From: Mobula hypostoma
Lineage: Eukaryota
Assembly: GCF_963921235.1 (NCBI RefSeq)
Contig: NC_086106.1
Coordinates: forward strand, 21,948,001-22,012,000
Direction: 5' to 3'
DNA: 64,000 bases
The position numbers and the translations under genes were made by a program. The notes under the pieces are model-generated. The model was given only the letters and a program-made list of their open reading frames with translations. It was not told the DNA's origin and did no database searches. This document shows positions 13,501-25,799 of this stretch, in pieces. Position 1 is the stretch's first letter; each line of letters begins with the position of its first letter.

Positions 13501-14270
13501 TCACCATCATCATATTAATTAAATGATCGTCTGAATTGTTGATCTGAGCAGTGTCTGCTGGAGTTGTTGTCGTCCATCGTTAATGTATTTCCCACTGGGG
13601 GTGTATGGGCTGTCAGGGTGGGGTAGCATGTCTGGTGCAGGAAATGTCGTGTCCTTTTCAAGGCGGTTAGGCCACCTTTGGTCGCCAACTGACACTCAGC
13701 TCTCACCTGTGTCTCTCCGTAGCCGTATCCATGCGACAGCGGCCACGCCCCGGGCAACGGCTTCGAACATCGGGCTAAACCAGCAGAGGGTAGCCGACGG
13801 GTCTCAAACGGTCGGTGAGACAGGGAGTTGTCTATCCCAGCATGTGAAGACAGACTCCAGCGGATTGAGTGGACGAGACCAATGGATGGGCCAACGGTCA
13901 GGACGGCGGTCTCTGCAAGCGTCGTGGAACGTGTAGAGCACGTCAACACACAGAAGAAGTCCTGGTCATCCACTGCACCTTGTCCCATCTCCAGCCGTCT
14001 TGACACTGTTTTGCCACTGAATCCAGATGGGAATTGAGAAGAGAGAGTGAGGCTGACGCTGCGCAACTCCCCCTCATTTAAATCCAAATGACTCGCTAGT
14101 CTCAACACCATCATAATCGTGTCGAGGTCTTCAACGACGTCGACGATGGACGAACACATTTCCGACGATCAAAAGATGTTCCCAGGCAGAAACTGAAAGA
14201 GTTGGATTTGGCATTGATCCTGTTAATGATCTGTGACAAGGCCTCTACCACCACCCCTTACAGTGCATTT
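13500..14270. mobile_element. Interspersed repeat of uncertain class (LINE-UTR/SINE-like) interrupting duplication copy A
   Basis: GC-richer block absent from the paralogous copy B. Its 214-aa minus ORF has no recognisable domain. Confidence 0.35.
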
Positions 14271-14289
14271 CGGGCAATGTACTCACGAA

Positions 14290-15000
14290 TCTATATGTAA
14301 TTAAAAAAAATAGATTATAAAAACACTCAGTCCACTTTTATTGTCAATTAGAAAGGCATACATGCGTTAAGAAATGATACAATGTTTCTCCGGAGTGATA
14401 TCATAGAAAACAAGACAAACCAAAGACTAACACTGACAGAAGCACATAATTATAAGACATAGTTACAGCAGTGCAAAGCAATGGCATAATTTGATGAAGA
14501 ACAAACCATGGTCACAGTAAAACAAAATCTCAAAGTTCCCGAGTCGAACGACTCCCGTGTCCCCGATAGCGGCGACAAAAGGGTGTGGGGGGGGAAGAAC
14601 TCCCTGCCATAACCCTCCGGCACCGTCAACTTGCCGATACCTTTGAAGCAGCCGTACACTGCCGACACTGAGTCCGTCCGTCGGAATACTACGAGCCTCC
14701 GACCAGTCCCTCTGATACAGCTTCCTAAGCACTATCCTCTGACGAGCGCCTTCGACCTATCCCCTGCCACTGAACCAAGCAAAGCCGAGGATTCGGGGCC
14801 TTCTGCTCTGGAGATTCCAGTTACCATACAGTAGCAGCGGCAGCGAGGCGGGCATTTCAGAGGTTTCCCAGCTGTTCCTCCGTACTCTCACGCCCGTCTT
14901 CATTAAATTAGAATTGGTCACGGTCCCCTACTTAACACGTCACAGATATCATTCACCGGAGAGGCCGCGCGCGCTGCCGTCGCTCCGCCATCTTCTCCTC
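14290..15000 (-). mobile_element. Non-autonomous retroelement-like repeat
   Basis: Minus strand ends in ...GACAATAAAAGTGGACTGAGTG, resembling a non-LTR 3' tail. Absent from duplication copy B. Confidence 0.4.
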
Positions 15001-16189
15001 CGTTGAAAATAATTACCCTGTCTCACATTAAATGCATGCCCTCTCCCATAAGATATATATATATATAAAACACAGAAAACAGAAAAGGACAACGACTGAA
15101 AATAAGGTGCTGTTCGCCGATATTTTTCTAATCTTCTCAGAATCGTATAAATTTCCATACATCTCCCCGCGCCATGCGCCACTCCAGAGAGAATAATCGG
15201 AACGCATCGAACCACACGTGGTATCATATGTCTTCAAATCCAGGCAGCATCCTCGCGAAACCTTCTGCACCACACAGAATCCCCGACGTATCTCCCATAT
15301 TGCGGTGAACAGAAAATTATGCAAAATTCCAAGTGCTTTTAACCAGACATCCGTAAACTAGCAAAATAGCTTCCTGACTTTAGAATTTCATGCAACGACT
15401 TTTAACTGCAAGGATGTTAGGTGTCTTATTAATCACACTATCATCCTATGTAGCTACTTCCAGGTGGCTGTGAACCTGCACTACAAGATCCTTCTGCTTC
15501 GCAACACTATTCACTGTATCGAAATTAACAGTGTATTTTATCTTTACGTTTGTCTTACGAAGCTGAATCATTACCCAGTTGGCAGAGCGAAATACAGTCG
15601 ACCTTTCACCGCCCATACCTGCAATAGCTTCCGCTGATGTCTTAGTGCGTCGGCTACGCTCCCCACGACATCACCAAGTCTCGCCACATTTCTAGCGCCA
15701 ACAGAATATGTTTATCCCGTATGTTTTAGGGATGAGAAATAAATTGATGTTACCAGGCAAAAGCGACGTTGTCACGGAATGAACGTTGAAAATCATCAAA
15801 ACCTTCAGCATGAATGCGCCACCTAACTTAAATATTGCACTGTAATGAGTTAAGCTAACTTATTCGCTTCCATGTCATTGCAGCATATTAAACGTGACAC
15901 AACTCGTTGCACTGCTACGCCATATTAGAAAGTTAAGACAGGCTTATCTTAAATGAAACCGGGACACAACATTTACATTTAAGAGAAGAAGTAGGAATAT
16001 ATCGTTCAACTATTTATGTTCTGCCAGGTTATCTCCTTTTTTGCCATCCTTTATTTTCTCATCTGTTAACTCCTGCTCTCGAACGTTTCCTGCATATTTG
16101 CTGACTGTTCCCCGTTTTCGAATTATGAAAACATTTCAGACACTGCATGATGGCTCAAGATTGTGTTCACCTGAGGAATTAAAAACGCA

Positions 16190-16730
16190 GATAATAGGTG
16201 CGGGAGCAGGCCATTCGGCCCCTTGAGCCTGCACGTCATTCAGTATGATCATGGCTGATCCTCCAACTCATAAATAGTACCTGCTATCTCTTCATACGCC
16301 CTGAACCTTTAGCCACAAGGGCCATATCAACTCCTTCTTAAATATAGCCAATGAACTGGCCTCAACTGTTCCCTGTGGCAGACAATTCCACAGATTCAGC
16401 ACTCTCTCTGTGATGATTTTTTTTTTCTCATCTCTGTCCCAAAAGGCTCGCCCTTAATCCTCAAACTGTGACCCCTCGTTCTGGACTTCCCCAACAGCGG
16501 GAGCTATCTTCCTGCATCTAGCCTCCCCAATCCTTTTAGAATATTATACGTTTCAATAAGATCCCCCCTCAATCTTCTAAATTCCAGAGAGTATAATCCT
16601 AGTCGATACAATCTTTCATTATATGGAAGTCCTGCCATCCCAGGAATCAATCTGGTGAACCTTCTTTGTACTCCCTCTATTGCAAGAATGTCTTTCCTCC
16701 GATTAGCGGACCAAAACTGCACACAATAAC
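16190..16730 (-). mobile_element. CR1 3' fragment inserted into duplication copy B
   Basis: Minus [40 protein letters not shown]...[14 protein letters not shown]. The flanks rejoin the sequence of copy A. Confidence 0.9.
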
Positions 16731-19700
16731 AGAAACAGAATTAACAGAAGTGAAATGTTATCTGGTATCCAGTCGGTTGCAAGTGGTAGATTGTGTTGTT
16801 TGCCAAGACTGATGTTAATACCCGCAAAATTGCAGTGCATGTTGCATAAGTAGTCATTAAAGAGAACACAAACAAACACGTAACTTTATGCTCAGGTGTG
16901 GGAATCTACTTATCTGCTTATTTAATGTTCTAAAATCTATAGTAATCGCAGATGGACTCGCGGTTGGCGCTGACATAAATACTCTCAGAAATACAAGTCC
17001 CAGGTTAGAATGTGGAGGAACAGAAATTGAACCAAATTTTCCCCACCAACGCAGAACGTATTTGGAGGGAGAAATATGCAAATAATCAAGCAATGTAGTA
17101 GTAATGATTCACCTTTCAATTATCCTTCTGTCAGCTGCAGTGTATTAAAATAGGTATCAATCAATATCGTTCAGGATATTTTTCCAGTACTCTTAGGGAA
17201 ACTTAACATACCGAGTACAGATCGAGCGAGATTTAATAAATTCCTCTTTACGTCCGAGATGTTCCTTCTCTCAAAGATGGTTTTATACTCTATTATCATT
17301 CTGCTAATTTGCACTCTTCAGGGTAGCGAACTGAATAGTGTATTTTATCTTTACGTTTAACTTACCAACCTGCAGTACTGCGCATTTGGCAGGGCTGAAT
17401 CCGATTTTCATTTTACCAACCATATCTGCAACAGCTCCATTTTCTACTCTGTTTGACGAATTGTCTACCCTATCCACAACATCAGCAAACTTTTCACAAA
17501 CCCACTCATTAATAGGTTAATGCTATTATTTATCTATCTCACAATTAACTGAGATTCCAGCACATATCCCTGCACAACACTATTAAAATCCATAACTCCT
17601 GCTAAAATAAGGCCCTTAGACCGTCAACTCTCTCTCTCTCTCCTGGACAAGCCATTTATGAATACAAAATGGCGTATTAAGCATTCATCTCTTGCATCTT
17701 AGTTTTTCTGATGAGGTCCCGTGACTAATCTGATGAATGTTTGACTAAAATTAATCTAGACAACATTCACAGCTATACTCCGTCAATTAGCATTGGCACC
17801 TTTCAAAAAAGAAAAAAAAAAAAAAAATCGGTCGCTAGGGCAAGACCTGATGGGCCTGTACAAACTACAACAGGCTCATATTAATTAGGAAAATGATTTC
17901 TCAATGTTCTTAAATCCTCTCCATATTAATTATCGTCGGTAACTTTTCCAAGGAAAGTGTCCGGATACATCGACTTCAAACCTCTTCAAGATACCCAACA
18001 CTACCTTGTAATTTAGTTCGAAATGTGTGTTAATAATCTCCGCAATAACATCCCTATTCTCTGCATTGTTCTCCTTTATCAGACGCAAGATCAGAGAAAA
18101 CAAAACATCTGAATTCTGATTCACGTTGTCGTTTTCTGAGACCTGTTAAAGTGATTATTTCAAGGGAAGCTTTTCTCAAACATGGCTAAAATTCACAGCG
18201 ACCGAATGTAGCCCTTTACACTGTGGACGTTCCATAAAAACGATGTTCGAGACGTTATGGAAGGGCAGATTTAGATGATCGAATGTGATCACCCTTTTGG
18301 AGATCCTATTCTAATAATCTCAACCTCAATGGATTGTGTTCTCCGTTGGTCAGTCGCATTTAAAAGGAGAGTTTTGGAATTTTAATGTGCTCTAAAATGA
18401 TATTTTATGGCCCTGCTATATTTCTTGGCCATGGTCAAATAATTTTGACATTTTATTCAGGCGTATCCATTACCGACACATTCTATGGAATGCTGTTGGG
18501 GGATTTTCATGTTCAGAATCAATGGTATGGATTCCTCTGCCGTGCTTAAGGGTGGGGTGCAGTATTGGTGGTCCCTTTCTATTCCATCAGTAATGTCACG
18601 CTTTTCCATCTGACGCGATCGGATATTCCAAAAATGGCAATCCAAGAATGAGCAAATGGATAGACATTTTGTAGCAAAACTATCTTTCGGTCTATCCAGG
18701 AGCTAAAATGCGAGCTTGGGCGATCGTGGAACAGTTTCCACGTGCAAGTGCAACAGTGGATGTGTTACCAGGGGTGATGAAGCGATGGCAGGGACATACC
18801 ATTTCTATATTCTTATCTCAATATTACCGTTAATCGAAATCCCCATATTTTCTTGATGAGGAATGGTCGCTGCAGGGAAGTAACCTGTCGAGTTCTGTCT
18901 GAGAATTTGAAAATAAAAAGAGACCCAGCTCCCTTGTATTCTGTGAAAGATAACCTAAATTTGCACATAATCTGAATGTTGCACCACCTGACCAATACGA
19001 CCATTTTCTGGCAGTATGTGAGACCTGTTGCTGGGAAGATGTTGACCTCATGGTGTTCTTTTTCATAACCAATTACTTTCTGTCTTTGCGCAGCCGACTG
19101 GAATCGGTTTGTTTTTCGTTGCATGAGGCACACAGGTGTTTCCTTTCAGTTGCTTCATTAAAGTCAAATGCTGGACTCCGGCCACAGATATTGAATGAGA
19201 GATGCAGATTACATGTGGACGGGAAAATAAATTAAATGCAATAATTCCATTAAGCGTTAATCCCTCCATGATACATTTCGCCTGCAATCGCATTTAAAAG
19301 TGCAATATTGATGAAAGTAATAAACGGTCAGTTTAAGTAGAATAGATGAATGCAATATATGAAAGACTAGTTTATCTTTAACTTTGTGTTGCTTTGCAAT
19401 CTTAAAGGAAAGTATTTCAACCACACGGTGTATTACTGCCATGACTGAGGAAATGGAGCACAAGAAACTGCCGACAGATTAATCGTCCCTGTAAACTATT
19501 CCATCAGTCAATTGATACCATCCAATTTAATTAGAGCTATCGTCCAAAATCAGTCCCCTATACTGATTCCACACTCTGTATCACACAACCATGCTGATCT
19601 TCCTTCATATACATTAGATAACTGTTTTAATAATCAACTTAAATTACTGGGTAAACAAACTGTATTTTCAGTTCTCTCTCACTCCACATTTTAACGGTTT

Positions 19701-22399
19701 TCTGTCACAAGAATGCCATATTTCACAGTCCGGCAGGAATAGACGTTGACAATGTAACTGAACGGAAACAGCTGTGCATTTTGTGCCTAAAAAAGTTGCT
19801 CCCAGCACAACCAGCAGTGGACGAATGCCTGTCAAGGCCATTCCTCAACAACGACTTCAAAATCTGCCCCGATAGTAACATGCTGTACTGTTAATACGCG
19901 CCACAATGCTAGCCAGCTTGATCGTTCTGATTAAAAAAAAATCATGCTGGCGTCCTGACTATGTAGACTGCAGGCCGCTGTGCTGTGAGAGATGTGTATG
20001 GAACGGGAGCAAAAACAAGTATCAAATCAATACATAGGTTTATAGAAGTGTGTGGTGAAAAGGGTTTTCCAGAATGGTATCTAGAGGAGCAGGAATACTG
20101 ACTGAAATTTGGACGATCAGCCATGATTAAATTCCAGGAAGGGACAGCTGCGAACTGCCGTATGGTCTTCTGCTGCTTCGGTCTTCCTGCTTCGATGAAG
20201 TTCCCCAATTAAACATTAAATCATTCATAATTAAATACATATCACCGCATTTAAATAATGAATGTCGTCACACCGTGTGAGTAACTATTTGGAACCATGT
20301 CATTAGGGAGACAATGCCCGACATTATTTGTAAAAATGGCGCAATGATTTTATTTTACTTCACCTTAGGTGATTTAAATTTCTTGAGGATGCGGTACAAT
20401 ACTGGTATCGTACCTGCATGGTAAGTTATCTTGCAAAAAAATAAAAATATAGAAGTAACATGCTGTATGGACTAAACGAGGCAAGCAGTACCATGGAAAT
20501 GACCAAACACACGGACATTCATTAAAAAAAAAGATCGCAGGAGGGTAGTTCACCTCTCGGACCAACTCTCGCTTTTAATCTTCCTCTGTATAAAATGTGT
20601 TAGTCTTGGTGCCACTTTTCGAATAGATCCCGTATCAATTATCTCCCTTGTGATTTAAATTTCAACAAATTCCCATGTTGAACTTATTGAGAGTTTCCTT
20701 CTGCACTTCCATTGAGATAGATATTTAAAGTATCACTTATCTCTGAAAGAATATGGTAAACTTCGTCGTTATCATTGACGTCGATTCGATGTGAAGCGTC
20801 GCCCCTTACTTCTGGAAACATCTGAATAAAACTATTCACCGTATTTAGCCGCCAATCGATTGCAGAAACCGAAATATTTTATTTATTTCATCACTCCGGA
20901 GGCTCCATATGAGTGACCACAATACATAATCTTTAATGTGTACGCCAGGCCCTGAAAACATACGGTAAACACGACTGTGTCTGCAACAAAGGAATATCGC
21001 ACCTTACAGATATTCACCAGAATCCCGCCCCCACCCCCCCCCCCCCGCCAATCCCCACAAAAAAACGAAATATTCGAAATAGATACTATACAGTTACAGC
21101 TCCCGGGGCCTTCCTGACGTGAAATAAAATACAATTATTGCGCTCTTTATTAAATGACGCCGTAAATTCTATTCTGAATCACTTCGACAATCTGCACTCT
21201 GATATCCACTTTGACATTTGAAGAACATTTTGGTATCTTCTTTCATATTATTGGCCGGCTTACTTTAACATGCTTTCTTTTCCTTATTGATAACGTTTTA
21301 GTTATCCAATTTTCTACCCTCAAACCAGTTTTTGCTCTATGATATGCCCGCGCTTTTACTTTTACGTTAAGTTTGGTTTCTGTTTTTACACAGTCTTGTC
21401 ATTTTTTTTCTTTAGAATGCATCTTCCTGCTTAGTATGTGTATATTCTGTTCCTCCTTAATTGCTGAGGGAAATTAGAGTCATTGCTGCTCTGCCGTCAT
21501 ACCTACCGGTGTTATTTTCCAACGATTTCTGCCCAGTTCCTCCCTCATGCCTTTGTAATTGCCTTCACTGCACACGGAATAATCATCCATATGGATTGAG
21601 CCTCTCGTTCTCAAATTTCAGGGTATTTTCAATAATATTATAATCACTTGCCCCGAAGAGTGAATTTACCTTCAAATCTCCAATCAATCTTGGTTCGTAG
21701 CACAACAGCCAAAGCAGAATACTTGATCCTCTCGTGGGCTCAACTACAATTGTTCTAAAAAGAAACACATTTTGTTGACACTTTGGAAACTTCTTTAATT
21801 CAGCACCAACCTCATTTTTCCAATCTACTGTCACTTTAAGCTCCCCCATGAGTATTGTAATAATACCCTTTGGCATGCATTTTCTATAAGCAACCTTAAT
21901 TTGTAAGCCAAAGTCTTACGAACGTTTAGGGGTCTATATGCAACTCCTATCAAAGTATTTTAACCACTGCAGTTTCTAGCTGTACCCATAATGATTTAAT
22001 AGTTTCTGAACCTCTGTAACCTCTATTTAAAAAAAAATATATATATATCATACCAACAGAACAACGCTGCCCCCTTTACTGCTTACCCATTGTTTCGATG
22101 CTATACGTATCCTTGGACATTAAATTCCCAGTTACTATCTTTTAGTCACTCTTCAGTGTTGCCTAGAACATCATAACATCGAATCTGCAACAGTGCTGCA
22201 AGTTCATCTACCTTATTCTGTATATTGTATACTGCGCGGATTGGAGCACAGGAACTGCACCATTTTCGATTTTTTTTCCGTACCTTACACGGCACCTTAC
22301 CTGGTTGATTTCAAGTCAGTTAACTCTCTTCAGCACTGCTGTCCGCCATGCCAACAATATTTCTTGCTTTGAAATAAACATAGCTCGGACCTAATCGCA

Positions 22400-24050
22400 C
22401 GATGCTTCAACTTTTGATTATTAATATTTTTCAAAGGACGTAGCATCATCTGTCACCAGAAGGTCTACACTGAATGTTCTTACACTGGGCTTCCCATCGC
22501 CCTGCAACTCTAGTTTACACCACATAGTACAGCATTAAGAAAACATCCGTCGATGACATTAGATAATCTTAATATCTTATGCCGCCCTTCCACTACCAAA
22601 TTCTGAGCCACAGATCAAACTTTATATTTTCTCCAGTTCTGGCCTCACCTGCACGTCGGACGTGTAGCAATCCTGATATCACAAAACCTGAGATCCTGCT
22701 CTTTAATTTGTACCAAATTCGCTGAACAAGCTATTCAGAACATCGTCACTCATCATGCCCATTTGAGTGATACCTACTGTACCTAGACAACGTCTACTGG
22801 ATATTTAGGCTCCCACTTAAGAATATGCTGGACCCTGGACCCCAGCAGGATCCACTCTATTGGGGAACCTTTGATTTTTATTTCCGTCAACTAAACCTAC
22901 TGTCCGTATACCTAAATAACGATTTCCCTATCAATACCACTTTCTTGTTCTCCCTCCTCCTTCCTGAGGCATATAGGCCGACTCGGTGGTATAGATTCGA
23001 ACTCTGAATCTTTGCTCTGTTAGGACATCCACCTGAACCTAATCCAAAGTTATTGAGGTGAAATACTGGCTCCTTAACACCTTTCCCTTCGCGAGTATCA
23101 CCCAGTTTCCTGTGTCCTGCCCCGTGGGTAAAACTACCTTTCTAAGTATGCAACCTGCAAGCCCCTCAACATACTGAATTATTCGGAGTACACACAGGCC
23201 CAGTTGCATCTACTTAGGGTTTCGTAATGCTCTAAATATGCACTATTTTTTCCGCTGCAATATATGCCCTAAGATTGGCTTTTATGTTGGCCTTGACTTC
23301 TCTTGTTAGTCAACGTTCTGCCATCTTCCCTTTAGAATATATATTCGTCTTTGCGATACATAGAATCTGCAGATTCCGAATACCTTCCAGAAATTCCAGA
23401 CATTCCTTCTCTGCTGCCAGCCCTGCATTGTGATTTCCAAGTATATCTGACCAACTCCTTTTTGATACTTCTGTCATTCCTTTTTATTTCACTGGAATAC
23501 TGATACATCTGACTTTTATTCTCAATTTTTCAGGGTGAACGTTATCATATTATGATCATTTTCCTCGATGTGTACTTTAACCTTAAGGTTTCCATTAAAT
23601 CTGGTTCATTGCAGTACACACAAAGCAGAAATCAGATCACCACTTGGGTTCATCCATGATGTGCTCTGAAGATCGATTTCGTAGGCACCGTAGAAACTCC
23701 CTTTGCTCGAATCTAGCACTAATAGATCTTCCAAATATCCATGCATATTTAATTCCCCCATATATATTGTAATATTATCAATTTTGTATGTATTGTCTAT
23801 ATCCAGTTCTGATTTTCTAACACTCGCTGACTACTGCTTGGGGTGGTCTGTGCACCACGCCCTTCAGGAACTGTTTACCCTGATAGTTCCTTACCCCTAT
23901 ACACAAAGCATCAGCACCGTCTGACCGTCTGTCGCATATTTCTAATTTCCATAAGTACTTCCTTCATGACACTGTTGTACATATCATCAGATCCAATGTA
24001 GGCTAACAACAGCGTTTAACTACAGACTAATTTCCTCCAGTGATAAATTG
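22400..24050 (-). mobile_element. Highly decayed CR1 ORF1/endonuclease remnants
   Basis: Patchy reverse-complement similarity to the younger CR1 copies in this window. Confidence 0.45.
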
Positions 24051-25799
24051 ATTAATCCCGTATAACTCCCTATGATACATGTTTTTTTTTAATGTGAAGT
24101 TTGAGATAAAAGTTTATTTAGTAATCCCTCCATTTGTGTTTATTCAAAATGTCCCTTACCAACACTAGTTATGATGCCGGGTAGCAACTAGTTCACGGAA
24201 ATACAGTAGATCAGTGCATATTACATTAATCCAAACATTGGAAACGAAGCAGCATAAACGTGAAACAGCTGCAGCTTTATGCAGCCACACCAATATTTGC
24301 AGGGTTTCTGGGATCAGTATGGTATCACAAAAAATATAATGTACTATAGTACTGAGTGGCATTCTGTGTAATGGATTCCTTTGGGCTTCGATATAAAATG
24401 GAATATATCTAGACATAACTTATTTGATAGGTTTAACAGCCTACTCTAAATCGCATCAAATAATGATTGGTGTCATAGAAATGAAGGAAGAAAGATCGAC
24501 ATATAAAGCATACTCCGTTAGGGAGAATCGAAATGCGCTGTGTAGAGGACTCTGCAATCACCTAATCGACACTTCCTTCAATGTGATAATTCTGGCACAG
24601 TATGTGGCAGTGTGTTTATGCCTGCATTGCAAAACGTGGAAAGATATATCAAATGTGCTGAACATTCTTTTCACATCAGTGATATCGAATATGTTAAAAT
24701 TCATGTTTTCTGTTATTCTAAAAGTCTATATATCAGTGAAATTGTCTATGGCTATATCAGTTAGGGCGAACATGCGAAAGTAGGATGGGCAGAAAGGAAT
24801 GTTTCAGCACTATTGACAATGATTTAAGGAATAATCATGAAAAACATTAACATTTATGAGTGAATGAGATAAGGCGTATGTGGCGATGAATGAGGCCAGA
24901 CAGAATAAAGGAAGGAAACGTTCTTCTGGACATTCGGATTTAGGGCGTTCAGGAGACCTGAAGTTGGAGCAAATACGAAAACAGCTTAGGAGAATTGTCA
25001 ACGCCGTGGCCCATGTGTTATAGAGCAGTGGCCGATATCTTCAGGTACCTTGGTGGAAGGAATAAACAGATGGTGGAGGAAAGTTGAGAAATTGGTAGTG
25101 CGTTGTGAGTCATCGTGTTGGAAACAGTAAAGGTTATCGTGCATGCTGTGTCAGTCGTCAGGAGCAGATAGCAATATCGTATTCATTTCGAGAGGACTAG
25201 TATAGAGAAAAAAAACAAATGTCCAATGCTGAAACTTTTTTTGGCATTGGTCAGATTACACCTTGAGAATTCTAAGCAATTTCGACCCCATATCTTAGAA
25301 ATGATGAGGTCACAATGGAGAGGGTTTGGAGCATGTCACCAGTATAATTCGCGCAGTAAGAACCAAACGTTTGTTAATCCCTTGTTGGCTGTGAAACTCT
25401 ACTCGATAGAATTGGAGAAAATGGTGAAATCTCATTGAAACCTACCAAACATTAACAGGCCTAGATAGAGTGCACATGAATATGAATTTTCCAATGATTA
25501 GATAATCTTGGATCGGAAAATACCATTGCAAAATAGAAGGGCGACACGTTAGATAGAGAAAAGAAGGAATTTAATTAGCTACAGGACGAGCAGTCTGCGG
25601 AATGCATTGCCATAGACGGCTGTAATTGTTAGATTATTAACGTTACATTTAATTGATTCTTCTTTGGCAAGTCTGCCAAATGTTAAGAGCAATAATAAGC
25701 GATAATAAAACCGACAACATAGAATCTCGGACAGGACTTGGTGGGCAGAATGGCCTGATTCTGCTCCAATATCGTATGGTCATATATCGGAAAAGATGT

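Larger units (their letters stand above)
12350..17500 (+). repeat. Old head-to-tail duplication: copy A ~12350-13410 plus ~15480-15680; copy B ~15690-17500, each interrupted by later insertions
   Basis: Collinear matching blocks: GCTAACTT..GTCATTGCAGCA (~12520/~15855), CGGGACAC (~12626/~15960), TATCTGG.ATCCAG..GGTTGCAA (~12852/~16760), CCCCACCAACGCA (13110/17041), ATGCAAAT (13145/17076), identical AGTGTATTTTATCTTTACGTTT (15530/17337). Confidence 0.8.

Noticed and set aside
13515-14159. 214-aa minus-strand ORF
   Set aside because: No recognisable domain, and it lies in an inserted repeat absent from the paralogous copy.
12966-17093. Similar short ORFs in the two duplication copies (VVITDGLELGVDINN.. 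/ IVIADGLAVGADINT..)
   Set aside because: The similarity is explained by the DNA duplication. Lengths and stops differ, and there are no convincing splice sites or known domain.
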